The notes beneath the pieces are model-generated. The model saw only the letters and a list, made by a program, of their open reading frames with translations, was not told where the DNA came from and did not search any database. Shown here in pieces: positions 1-8,598 of a stretch of DNA of 40,655 nt (position 1 is its first letter; every line of letters starts with the position of its first letter). The DNA is from Myxococcota bacterium (lineage in GTDB: Bacteria > Myxococcota > JACRCW01): positions 1-40,655 of the forward strand of contig JBFMGU010000078.1 of NCBI GenBank assembly GCA_040752415.1, written 5' to 3'. A program made the translations under genes and the position numbers.

Positions 1-262
1 GTCCACGCGCCACGAGGCAGAGCCTCGCCCGACGTCATTGAGCCCCAGGGCTGTTCGGCCCGTTGTGAACGCGCTCGGCGCTGGCCAGGGCGGCGAGGGC
101 CCGCCGCACTCCAGGTCGTGGTCCGCTCACGACGTCTGCAACCCCACTGGGCATCTTGCTCTGACGCCGCCCCTGAAGTGCCCAGTGCGGAAGCGGCTTG
201 AGCACCTGCCGTTCAAACCCGTTCGGGTGCGGCTCTCCCGAAACGACGCTGGATCCCGGTGC

Positions 263-1570
263 TCATCCTGACGCAGGCAAGGACTGCGGACGCCGCCGCG
301 CGCGCCGACGTAGCGTCGAGCGGTCCACGCCCAGCGTGCGCGCCGCCTGCGCGTGGTTTCCCCCGCAGCCGTCCATGACCCGACGGGTGTACCAGTCCTG
401 CACCTGCGCCAGCGTGGCGCGGCCCTGCAGGATCTCGACGGGCACCGCGGTCCCGCCGCTCGTCGGCAGCGGGCCCAGGGAGCGCGTGGGCCACGGCGGC
501 AATCCCAGCATCATGTTGCGCAGCGCATTGTTGAGCTCACGCACGTTGCCGGGCCAGGGATGCTGGCGCGTCTCGTCGGAGTGGAGCCAGGACAGGATCT
601 GTTCTCCCTGCTTCTCCTGCAGGCCCTCACCCAACCACCGCGACACGAACTGCATGCCAATGGGAACAATGTCCTCGGGGCGCTCCCTGAGCGCGGGCAC
701 GCGGATGATGCACCCGGCAATGCGCTCGTACAGGTCCCGACGGAACGTCCCGCGCTCCACCATGCGCGGCAGGTCATGGTGCGTGGCCGCCACGAAGCGC
801 ACGTCCACGCGGTGGCTCACGTCGCTGCCCACCGGCACCACCTCGTCCGCTTCGATGAGTCGCAGCAGCTTGGACTGTGTGGTCATGGGCAGGTCGCCCA
901 CCTCGTCCAGGAAGAACCCGCCACCGTCGGCGCCACGGATGCGACCAGGCCGGTCCCGCGTGGCCCCGGTGAACGCGCCGCGGATGTGCCCGAACAGCTC
1001 GCTCTCCACCAGCGTCTCGGGGAGCGCCGCCGCGTTGACCGTGCCCTGCGGCGCGGCGTCGAGGCCGGGACCGGGAATGGCCGCCAGCACCGCGCTGGCC
1101 ACCGTCTCCTTGCCCGTCCCGGTCTCACCCTGGATGAGCACGTCGTGGTCGCGGATGACGCGCTCCAGGCGCTCGGTGACCTCGAGCGACGGACCAAAAC
1201 ACGCGCCCCACACCTCCTCGCGCAGTCGCCCCATCGTCGCGGACTGCCCCTGCAGCGTCAGCAGCTGCCGGTGACAGCGCACCGCGGCCGCGGCAATCCG
1301 CACGTGCATCACCCGACGCGGCTTGAGGTGCTTGAGCACTGGCGGCGCGGCCGGCTTCCCCGCGACGGACTCCATCTGCTGGAGCGTCCAGGCCAGCGCC
1401 AGCCGGTCGGCGTCCTCGTGCCGGGTGCGGTGGGTCAATGTGCCGAGCGCGGCGTCGACGTCCAACGCGGCCAACCGGGCTGCCGCCTTGTGGCGTCGGG
1501 CCGGGTCCACCTCGAAGGGGTTGCGCAACATGACCCGCGCCGCTTCCAGGGTCTCCTCGCTCACGTCCAC
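263..1570 (-). CDS. Sigma-54-dependent transcriptional activator (bacterial enhancer-binding protein, AAA+ plus C-terminal Fis-type HTH) with a ~150-aa non-receiver N-terminal sensor region
   Basis: Translation carries Walker A GETGTGKE, the sigma-54 contact motif GAFTGA (ELFGHIRGAFTGA), DEVGDL and a C-terminal HTH (AARTLGVDRSTLRRR). The ORF track extends to 2020, but that upstream part is Arg/Pro-rich junk. I place the start at GTG 1570, which is preceded by AGGAGGAAG; the alternative is ATG at 1531. Confidence 0.8.
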   Translation of the reverse strand: MDVSEETLEAARVMLRNPFEVDPARRHKAAARLAALDVDAALGTLTHRTRHEDADRLALAWTLQQMESVAGKPAAPPVLKHLKPRRVMHVRIAAAAVRCHRQLLTLQGQSATMGRLREEVWGACFGPSLEVTERLERVIRDHDVLIQGETGTGKETVASAVLAAIPGPGLDAAPQGTVNAAALPETLVESELFGHIRGAFTGATRDRPGRIRGADGGGFFLDEVGDLPMTTQSKLLRLIEADEVVPVGSDVSHRVDVRFVAATHHDLPRMVERGTFRRDLYERIAGCIIRVPALRERPEDIVPIGMQFVSRWLGEGLQEKQGEQILSWLHSDETRQHPWPGNVRELNNALRNMMLGLPPWPTRSLGPLPTSGGTAVPVEILQGRATLAQVQDWYTRRVMDGCGGNHAQAARTLGVDRSTLRRRARRRPQSLPASG

Positions 1571-1705
1571 GGACTTCCTCCTGGTCAAGAGCCGGTGTGC
1601 AGTCTGCACCAGGTGGCGCGTCCTGCCCAGGCAGCTCGCCGGGGGGTGCCCGTTCGCACCTTCCCAAGTGCCTGGATCCCCTGGCCTCCACGCCGAGCCT
1701 CCTCG

Positions 1706-1721
1706 TGGCACGCGCCTCGCT
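1706..1721 (+). promoter_or_regulatory. Candidate sigma-54 (-24/-12) promoter for the nfeD-floT operon: TGGCACG-N4-TCGCT
   Basis: TGGCACGcgccTCGCTT lies about 47 nt upstream of the NfeD ATG. It matches TGGCACG-N4-TTGCW except for T to C at the first T of the -12 box. An EBP gene lies immediately divergent. Confidence 0.35.
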
Positions 1722-1767
1722 TGGAAGCCTGGCAAACGCGCCCACCCGGCGCAGGGAGGTGAGGACC

Positions 1768-2451
1768 ATGGAATCGCTCCTGGCCTGGCACAACCTGATC
1801 TTCCACATCCCCATTGCCACCTCACTGCTGATGCTGCTGGGCCTGGCCTGGGGCGCGGGGCTCGACGACGGCCACGCGGAAGCGGACGCCGACGCTGACG
1901 CTGACCCGGACACGGAGGCCGACACCGACGCCGACGCGGTCCATGCGCTCGACGTGGCGAGCCTGGTGCAGCGCACCCGCTGGCGTGTGGCCAACGCGCT
2001 GGGCGTGGGACGTGTGCCACTGACGCTGGTGGTGATGACGGGCGGGTTGCTCTTTGGGAGCACGGGCCTGCTCGCCAACGCGCTGCTCGCCCCGGTGCTC
2101 GGCGCGCCCGGCGTGTTCGGGCCCATCAGCGTGGCGGTGGCCACGTGCGCCAGCGCGCTGCTCACCGGCCAGGTGGCGCGGCTCGTCGGGAGGGTGATGC
2201 CCACGTCGGAGACCTACCGCGTGACGCGCGGGGATCTCGTCGGGCGCTCCGGGACGCTGGTGCTTCCAGCCGGCCCGTCCAGCGGGTTGGCCCAGGTGCG
2301 GGACCACGAGGGGAACCTGCACCAGATCCGTTGTCGCACGAACGGGGAGGAGCTCCCCAAGGGAGGCGAAGTCCTGGTGATTGATCACGACGTCAAGAGC
2401 AACACCTACGCCGTGGCGGAGCTCCCGCCCGACGTCAGCAGCCGGTCCTGA
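1768..2451 (+). CDS. NfeD-like membrane protein (stomatin/flotillin operon partner, YqiJ/YuaF-like)
   Basis: ATG at 1768 is preceded by GGGAGGTGAGGA. The protein has N-terminal TM helices, an acidic D/E/A/T-rich linker and a C-terminal beta-domain (LVGRSGTLVL, GEVLVIDHD). It sits directly upstream of the flotillin gene. Confidence 0.6.
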   Translation: MESLLAWHNLIFHIPIATSLLMLLGLAWGAGLDDGHAEADADADADPDTEADTDADAVHALDVASLVQRTRWRVANALGVGRVPLTLVVMTGGLLFGSTGLLANALLAPVLGAPGVFGPISVAVATCASALLTGQVARLVGRVMPTSETYRVTRGDLVGRSGTLVLPAGPSSGLAQVRDHEGNLHQIRCRTNGEELPKGGEVLVIDHDVKSNTYAVAELPPDVSSRS

Positions 2452-2487
2452 ACGCAGTCCAACCACGCGTGGAAAGAGGAGGAGAAC

Positions 2488-4284
2488 ATGGGAGCCATCA
2501 CGTTGTTGCTGTTGTTTGCCGTTGCCCTGATTGCCGGGCCCATTGTCGCCGGCGTTGCGGGCATTCCGCTGTCCACCCTGTCCGCCACCATCATGACCCT
2601 CAGCGGTGTGCTGCTGGCCGTCGTCACCGGGATGCTGCTCATTGTCACCAGGCTGTACGTGAAGACCAAGGCCAGTGAAGCGCTGGTGCGCACCGGCATG
2701 GGCGGGATGCGCGTCATCAAGGACGGTGGCGCGCTCATCATCCCCGTGGTGCACCAGATCGTGCGCATCTCCCTGCAGACCCTGCGGCTGGAAGTCAGCC
2801 GGGAAGGCGGCGACGCGCTCATCACCAAGGACAAGCTCCGCGCCGACGTGCGGGCGGAGTTCTTCGTCCGCGTGCAGCCCGACGAGGAATCCATCCGGAG
2901 CGCGGCACGCTCCTTTGGGGATCACATGGGTGACGCGCGGTTCGTGCGCGGGCTGGTGGAAGACAAGCTGGTGAGCGCGCTGCGCACCGTGGCCGCCACC
3001 AAGACGCTGGAGGAGCTCAACACGGAGCGTGACAAGTTCATGGAGCAGGTGACGCACATCGTGGCGCCCGACCTCAGCCACAACGGGCTCACGCTGGAGA
3101 CCGCCACCATCAGCAAGCTGGACCAGACCGACCCGCGCATGCTCCGCGACGACAACATCTTCGACGCGCAGGGCAAGCGCACCATCGCGGAGATCACGCA
3201 GCAGCAGCTCACCGAGCGCAACAAGCTGGAACGCCTGGGTGAGCAGCACCGCAAGCTGCAGGACGTGGAGGCGCGCAAGAAGCTCGTCGAGCTGGAGCGC
3301 ATGCAGGCGGAGACGGAGGCCGCGCAGCGCGCGGAGCTGGCCAAGGTGCAGGCGGCCAAGAGCCGCGAGGCGCAGGAGAAGCAGATCGAGGCGCAGCGCG
3401 CCGTCGAGCTGGCCGCGGTGGCCAAGCAGCAGGCCATCGAGGTGGCGCTGCGGGAGCAGCAGATGGCGGTGGAGGTGGCGGAGCGGAAGAAGCAGGAGGC
3501 GGTGGCCCAGGCGGAAGCCGAGCGGGCCGCCAAGGAGGCTGCGCTGGCCCAGGCGGAAGCCCTGCGTGAGCGCGAGAGGCAGCTGGTGAAGACGGTGGAG
3601 GTGGAGGCCGCCGCGGAGCGCGACAAGCGCAAGCAGATCATCACCGCGGAGGCCGAAGCGGAGAGGAAGTTCGTGGAGGCGCAGCGTTCGGCGGATGCGG
3701 AGGCCTACCGGCTGGAGCGTGAAGCGGCGGCGCACAAGGCCGCGGCGGAAGCCGACGCGGAGGCCATCACCCGTCGCGCGCAGGCGGAGGCGGACGCGGC
3801 ACGGGCCCGCGCGGAAGGTGAGAAGGCCGCGGCGCTGGTTCCCGTCGAGGTGGAGCGGCAGAAGGTGGAGGTGGAGCGCAGGAGGGTGGATGAGGTGCTG
3901 AAGATGGAGCTGGAAGCCCGCGAGCAGCACGGCAAGGCGGCGCAGGAGTTCGAGCTGGCGCAGCTGCGCATCACCAAGGAGGCGGAGGTCCGCATCGAGG
4001 CGGCGCGCGCCACCGTCAACCTGCTCGGGAAGGTGCACGCGCAGGTGTTCGGCACGCCGGAGGACGTCAGCCGCATGACGCAGGCCCTGATGAACGGCAT
4101 GGGCATCTCGCAGACGGTGGACGGATTCTTCGCCGGGGCGAGCCCGCGGACGCTGCAGGTGGCCGACGCGGTGGGCAAGCAGGTGGCGAGCCTGGCCAGC
4201 GCGGTGACCCGCAAGCTGGAGGGTGACGGCGAGAAGCCCGCGCCGGTGCCCGTCAATGGCAGCGGTGAGCCGGCCCGCTGGTAA
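2488..4284 (+). CDS. Flotillin-like SPFH/band-7 protein (YqiK/FloT family) with a long Ala/Glu/Arg-rich coiled-coil C-terminal region
   Basis: Strong RBS GAAAGAGGAGGAG is followed by ATG. There is an N-terminal TM helix, an SPFH core (RVIKDGGALIIPVVHQIVRISLQTLRLEV) and about 250 aa of EA-repeat coiled coil. The gene lies 3' of nfeD. Confidence 0.85.
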   Translation: MGAITLLLLFAVALIAGPIVAGVAGIPLSTLSATIMTLSGVLLAVVTGMLLIVTRLYVKTKASEALVRTGMGGMRVIKDGGALIIPVVHQIVRISLQTLRLEVSREGGDALITKDKLRADVRAEFFVRVQPDEESIRSAARSFGDHMGDARFVRGLVEDKLVSALRTVAATKTLEELNTERDKFMEQVTHIVAPDLSHNGLTLETATISKLDQTDPRMLRDDNIFDAQGKRTIAEITQQQLTERNKLERLGEQHRKLQDVEARKKLVELERMQAETEAAQRAELAKVQAAKSREAQEKQIEAQRAVELAAVAKQQAIEVALREQQMAVEVAERKKQEAVAQAEAERAAKEAALAQAEALRERERQLVKTVEVEAAAERDKRKQIITAEAEAERKFVEAQRSADAEAYRLEREAAAHKAAAEADAEAITRRAQAEADAARARAEGEKAAALVPVEVERQKVEVERRRVDEVLKMELEAREQHGKAAQEFELAQLRITKEAEVRIEAARATVNLLGKVHAQVFGTPEDVSRMTQALMNGMGISQTVDGFFAGASPRTLQVADAVGKQVASLASAVTRKLEGDGEKPAPVPVNGSGEPARW

Positions 4285-4299
4285 CGAGGGTGCAACATG

Positions 4300-4348
4300 G
4301 TCCCCTCCGCATCCACGTCGTCACGGGTGCGGAGGGGACTTCTGTCTT
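4300..4348 (+). terminator. Intrinsic terminator hairpin between convergent genes
   Basis: Perfect 12-bp stem GTCCCCTCCGCA / TGCGGAGGGGAC (4300-4311 and 4327-4338) encloses a 15-nt loop and is followed by TTCTGTCTTG. It sits in the 75-bp gap between the floT stop and the converging LarA-like gene. Confidence 0.55.
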
Positions 4349-4359
4349 GCGACGGAGGG

Positions 4360-5973
4360 CTACACGCTGACGTCAGCCTGCAGGATGGGCGGGAGGTGCA
4401 ACAACGTGATCTGCGGTGAACGCGGTGCGGTGTCCTTCGCCATCTCGATTGCCTCGGCCATGGTCCGCGCGGTCTCGTACCCCAGCAGCCGCGGGATGTA
4501 CGCGTTGTCGGCTCCCACGACGATGACCCGCCCCAGCCACTGACGTCCCGCCTCGCCCCAGTACCACATGAAGAACGGGTGCGCGGGATGGAACGCGTGG
4601 CCTTCGCGGTATAGCTTGAGATAGGCCGGATTCGTGGCGAACGCTTCTTCGTACCTGCGGTGCAGCTCCAGCGCGTCGCGCGTCTCGGGCAGCAGCCGGT
4701 GCACGAACTCGACGTAGGGTGCGTGATAGGGGTCGAAGCGGTCCGTGCACGGGTGCGTGATGATGAGCGTGCCGCCCTTCTTCACCACCGGCTGACCCCG
4801 GTACAGGTTGAAGATGTACCCCTGCGCCATGACCTGCACGAGCAGCGGGTTCAGGAATGCGTTGACGTTGTAGGGCCCCAGAAACGGAATGCCGGCAATG
4901 AGGATGTCCGCCTGTCCGTGCACCGGCACCAGGTACTGGTCGAAGGTCCGTCGGACCGTGTGCGGGTGGACCGCCTCCGTGCTCCCCGCGAACACACCGG
5001 TCATCTCGTACGGCGCCACCAGACTGTGAAACAACGCTCCGCGCGCCCGCTCCGGCATGCGGTCCAACGAGAAGAGCAGGCTCTTGAGCGCGAGGCGCTC
5101 GGTCGCGGTGAGGTCGTCCTCGTTCTTGGCCAGGAAGGCCAGCGACGAATCATAGGCGCGGTTGTTGATCGTCGTCTCGATGGTGAAGACATTGAGGTGC
5201 GTGTTGGCCACGCGGCCCATGCGGTCCACGACGGTGTGCAGCTCGCTCGACGCGGGATCCATGTAGCTGTGGCACTGGCGCATCACGCGCGGGTTGTGGT
5301 GCGGCTTGAGGCTCTCGTAGCCACACAGGCCCACCGCCACGGACTTGTGGCCGCCGTCCATCGCCACCAGGTTGAGGTTCGCGTAGATGATGAGGTCGCT
5401 CTCCACCGCCTTGCGGTTGAGCACCACGCGCTCGCCGAGCTCTGTCTCCCCCACGAGCTTCATCGCGTCGGGCGCCTCGGGGTCGTGGTTGTGGAGGCGG
5501 TCCGGCCAGTAGGCGTTGAAGATCCTGTCGCCCACCAGCCCGCGGATCTCCGGCTCGGTGAGCTTCCGGTGAAGACACGTGGCAAGGATGATTTCCACGT
5601 CGTCCACGCCGTGCTGCGCCAGCACCTCGAGGACAATCGTGATGATGCGCTCGCGCACGTCGGGTCCCCGCATGGCCGGCAGCGGCATGGAGTTGTCATC
5701 CAGCGCAATGACCACCTTCATCCCCGGGCGCAGCAGCGCGTGGAGCGGGTCGCTGCCGTGGGGGTGGTTGAGCGCGTACCGGATGGCGGCGTCGGGATCC
5801 TTCAGTCCCGCCAGCGGCGGCTTCGGATAGACCACGCGCGTGCCCGGCGGCAGGTGCACCTCGACGAAGCGCTCACCGGAGTACAGCACACGCGGCGCGC
5901 TGTGACGGTCCAGGGTCACCACGCACCCGTGAAGCGGATCCTGTGTTGAACCGCGCGCCGACATGGTGGGCAA
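4360..5973 (-). CDS. LarA-like (lactate racemase / DUF2088 family) protein, last gene of the operon
   Basis: 537-aa ORF with motifs typical of the LarA N-terminal domain (MKVVIALDDNSMP, IILATCLHRKLT). Its TTG 5973 / ATG 5964 start abuts the TAG stop (5974-5976) of the upstream CDP-alcohol transferase. Family assignment rests on motif recall only. Confidence 0.45.
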   Translation of the reverse strand: MPTMSARGSTQDPLHGCVVTLDRHSAPRVLYSGERFVEVHLPPGTRVVYPKPPLAGLKDPDAAIRYALNHPHGSDPLHALLRPGMKVVIALDDNSMPLPAMRGPDVRERIITIVLEVLAQHGVDDVEIILATCLHRKLTEPEIRGLVGDRIFNAYWPDRLHNHDPEAPDAMKLVGETELGERVVLNRKAVESDLIIYANLNLVAMDGGHKSVAVGLCGYESLKPHHNPRVMRQCHSYMDPASSELHTVVDRMGRVANTHLNVFTIETTINNRAYDSSLAFLAKNEDDLTATERLALKSLLFSLDRMPERARGALFHSLVAPYEMTGVFAGSTEAVHPHTVRRTFDQYLVPVHGQADILIAGIPFLGPYNVNAFLNPLLVQVMAQGYIFNLYRGQPVVKKGGTLIITHPCTDRFDPYHAPYVEFVHRLLPETRDALELHRRYEEAFATNPAYLKLYREGHAFHPAHPFFMWYWGEAGRQWLGRVIVVGADNAYIPRLLGYETARTMAEAIEMAKDTAPRSPQITLLHLPPILQADVSV

Positions 5974-7134
5974 CTACTCGAGGTGGTCCACGGGCGTGCG
6001 CGCCTTGGCGGCCCGCTCCGGGGCGACGGGGATGTTCGCCACCGCAGCAGGATCCCGTCGTCGCTGCTCCGGCGTCAGCACCAGCAGCCCCAGGCCCAGC
6101 GTCCCGACGGCAAACCGCGTGCTGTGCATCAGCTGCCACCCCAGCTTGAGTGCCACCATCACCAACACGCCCGCGGCCACCGTGGTCTGCACCTCGTACC
6201 CACCCGGCAGGTGCAGCGTGACGTTCCATCCGACGAGAAGCGCGGTCAGTTGCAGATCCCACCCGCGGTAACGCGTGCCGAAGAGGATGTTGCGCAGGAT
6301 GTCCCAGTTGTGCTTCACCGCCACCAGGCACAGCACCACCGGCCCAAGCAAAGGCGCGCCCGGCACTCCACCCATGCTCTGCGCTTGCAGGTGCCAGGCG
6401 CATACCAGCGCGACGTTCACGCCAATACCCAGCACGTTCCGGCGCTCCCTGCCCACCTTGACCAACGCCTCGACGCCAACCGCCGCATAACCGAGTGCCG
6501 CAACCACCGTGAGCACGTCCGCGGCGCCCACACTGCCCACCCGCGCACGCCAAAGCGCGCCACCCGCCACCACGGTGGCCAGGTGCACCACGATGGCGAG
6601 GAAGTTTCCCTCCATGGCACCGAACGGCGGCAGCACCAGGCTGTTGGTCCGACGACGATCCAGGTTGTTGGACCACCACCCCAGCGAGAACGCGACTGCC
6701 AGCACCATGCACTCATTGGCCGTGGCCCCGTACGCCGCGAAGCCGCCCAGCGGAATGCTAAATCCCGCGAAGGCATCCAGACCGTGGTCATAGAAGTCGC
6801 CCAGCGGATTTGACACGCCAATGCGTCGCGCCTGCAGGCCGTCCATGCTGTCGGTGATGCAGTACAGGAAGAGCAGCAGCGCCGAGCACAACGCCACCAG
6901 GCGAAGCGTCACGTCGGAAATGGCGGCGTTGGTGATGGCGGCGAGCAGGAGAAAAACGAACACCGCCGCGGCGTGCCCGGTGAAGGTGAGGACGTTGGGA
7001 TTGAGTTCGCGCGGCGTGCGTGAGAGGAGCGGGCGGTTGATGAGGCGGTCGAACGGCGCCTGCACGAGGGAGCGGTCCTCGCACGAGAAGCGGTAGCGGT
7101 GGATGCGCTCGGGAACCTCGAAGTCAACCGGCAT
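5974..7134 (-). CDS. CDP-alcohol phosphatidyltransferase family protein, unusually long (386 aa, ~10 TM)
   Basis: Signature D-x2-DG-x2-AR-x8-G-x3-D-x3-D is present as DSMDGLQARRIGVSNPLGDFYDHGLD. The protein is polytopic. RBS GGAGAAG precedes ATG 7134. Its start overlaps the upstream gene by 11 nt. Confidence 0.75.
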   Translation of the reverse strand: MPVDFEVPERIHRYRFSCEDRSLVQAPFDRLINRPLLSRTPRELNPNVLTFTGHAAAVFVFLLLAAITNAAISDVTLRLVALCSALLLFLYCITDSMDGLQARRIGVSNPLGDFYDHGLDAFAGFSIPLGGFAAYGATANECMVLAVAFSLGWWSNNLDRRRTNSLVLPPFGAMEGNFLAIVVHLATVVAGGALWRARVGSVGAADVLTVVAALGYAAVGVEALVKVGRERRNVLGIGVNVALVCAWHLQAQSMGGVPGAPLLGPVVLCLVAVKHNWDILRNILFGTRYRGWDLQLTALLVGWNVTLHLPGGYEVQTTVAAGVLVMVALKLGWQLMHSTRFAVGTLGLGLLVLTPEQRRRDPAAVANIPVAPERAAKARTPVDHLE

Positions 7135-8572
7135 GGGCGGTGGCTTCTCCGTCGAGGAGTTGGTTCAGGGTACGGAACCCGTGACGCTGCGGCGCTCCCG
7201 ACTCCGCCACGTCTGGGCCGGAGAGTCGACCATCCACGAGGTACCGCTTGCCCATGCGCTCCTGCGCCCAGGTGAGGACCTTGTCAATCATCGGCGTGCG
7301 CACGTCGGCCAGCTCGGCGATCCCGCGCAGCACCACCAGTCCAAAGGGAATGTCCTCAAGAAAGAAGCGGCTGCCCCAGTTGGGGACGTACCCGCCATCA
7401 ACCTTCAGCATGGGCGTGCGGATGCCCGCGTAGGCGCGATTGCTGGCCAGGATGCGCTGCAGCGAGGAGTGGTCCGCGATGTCCGAGCTGTACGCGGCCC
7501 GAATGGCCAGGTCCACGGGCAGCACCGCGGTGAGGTCGAAGTCCGGCCGCGCCGCTTCAATGGCCGCGCGCATGGCCAGGATCTCCTCTCCCATGGCCGC
7601 CACCACCGCGGCGCCCTCCGACGTGGCGGACTCGTAGAAGAGCGGCGGCTCGGGCAGCGGCGTTGCGTCCCAGTTGGCAAAGAGGTCGAACATCAGGCCC
7701 GGGTGGAGGAGCTGGTTGCCGGGATTGAAGATGATCTGCAGGAAGTTGCCGATGTCGATGACGGGAAAGCCCACCAGCAGCGCCATGAGGTCGCTGGCCA
7801 GGGCTGCGTTCTCGCGGTCGGCGGTGGCCAGGCCGGTGATGGTCTTGGTGCCCAGCACGCGCACGGACCGACCGGGCTCGTCGAGCTTGCACATCCACGG
7901 AATGCTCGCCAGACCAAAGACCGTGGCGCGCTTTCCCGCCGCCTCCAGCGCGCGACGTGCCGCCCAGTGGACACCGCCTGGGCCGGGGATGGAACCCACC
8001 AGCGCACCGTCGTCGAGGTGTGGGACGATGCGCGCGAGCACCGCGGGCTCACAGAAAGACGGGAGGCACATCAGGACCAGGCGCGAGCCCGGGATGACGC
8101 GCGCGGGATCGGCGGTGACCACGTGGGGCCGACCCACGACCTCGCCGTCACGCGAGCGCACCCGCACACCGTCCTGCATGGCCCGGCGGAGCATGTCCGC
8201 GCGCTCCTCCGACGAGGTCAGCAGGTTCACCCGCACCTCGGGATGGTTGCCGAGCCGCCCCAGGAACACGTGGCCCAGGTTCCCTGCGCCGCACACCGTC
8301 ACCTGCAGCGGACCATCACCACCGCCAAGCCGCGCGCGCACCGACGACACCGCGGGGTCATGACGGACCACCGCCTCAATGGGGACCTGCAGCGCCATGC
8401 ACAGCGCGTAGATGGTCAACGGCTCGGGGATGAGGCGCGGGTTGTCATGCAGCGCTTGCAGCTTTTCCGTCGTCAGACCGGTCTGCTCGGCGGCTTCCGC
8501 CACGGTCAGGCCGCGCGCGGCGAGCAACGCACGGACATCATTGCGGGACACCTGGCTCAACAGGGACGTCAT
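7124..8572 (-). CDS. Fusion protein: N-terminal XRE-type HTH plus NAD(P)-binding opine-dehydrogenase-like (ODH/GpsA-fold) domain
   Basis: ATG 8572 follows GGGAGGTG. Residues 1-70 form an HTH (GLTVAEAAEQTGLTTEKLQALHDNP). A Rossmann motif VTVCGAGNLGHVFLGRLG resembles the octopine/nopaline dehydrogenase N-terminus. Confidence 0.6.
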   Translation of the reverse strand: MTSLLSQVSRNDVRALLAARGLTVAEAAEQTGLTTEKLQALHDNPRLIPEPLTIYALCMALQVPIEAVVRHDPAVSSVRARLGGGDGPLQVTVCGAGNLGHVFLGRLGNHPEVRVNLLTSSEERADMLRRAMQDGVRVRSRDGEVVGRPHVVTADPARVIPGSRLVLMCLPSFCEPAVLARIVPHLDDGALVGSIPGPGGVHWAARRALEAAGKRATVFGLASIPWMCKLDEPGRSVRVLGTKTITGLATADRENAALASDLMALLVGFPVIDIGNFLQIIFNPGNQLLHPGLMFDLFANWDATPLPEPPLFYESATSEGAAVVAAMGEEILAMRAAIEAARPDFDLTAVLPVDLAIRAAYSSDIADHSSLQRILASNRAYAGIRTPMLKVDGGYVPNWGSRFFLEDIPFGLVVLRGIAELADVRTPMIDKVLTWAQERMGKRYLVDGRLSGPDVAESGAPQRHGFRTLNQLLDGEATAHAG

Positions 8573-8598
8573 GCGAACACCTCCCGCCACAACGCCTA

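Noticed and set aside
353-1762. 469-aa plus-strand ORF
   Set aside because: It is antisense to the clearly recognisable sigma-54 activator. Its Arg/Gly/Pro-rich composition is typical of spurious ORFs in ~70% GC DNA.
1571-2020. N-terminal 150-aa extension of the activator ORF (to 2020) and overlapping ORF 1125-2204
   Set aside because: The extension is Arg/Pro-rich with no domain and would overlap the divergent nfeD start and promoter region. The GTG at 1570 has a strong AGGAGGAAG RBS.
1822-4038. 738-aa minus-strand ORF
   Set aside because: Antisense to the flotillin gene. Its Leu/Arg low-complexity mirrors the Glu/Ala coiled-coil codons.
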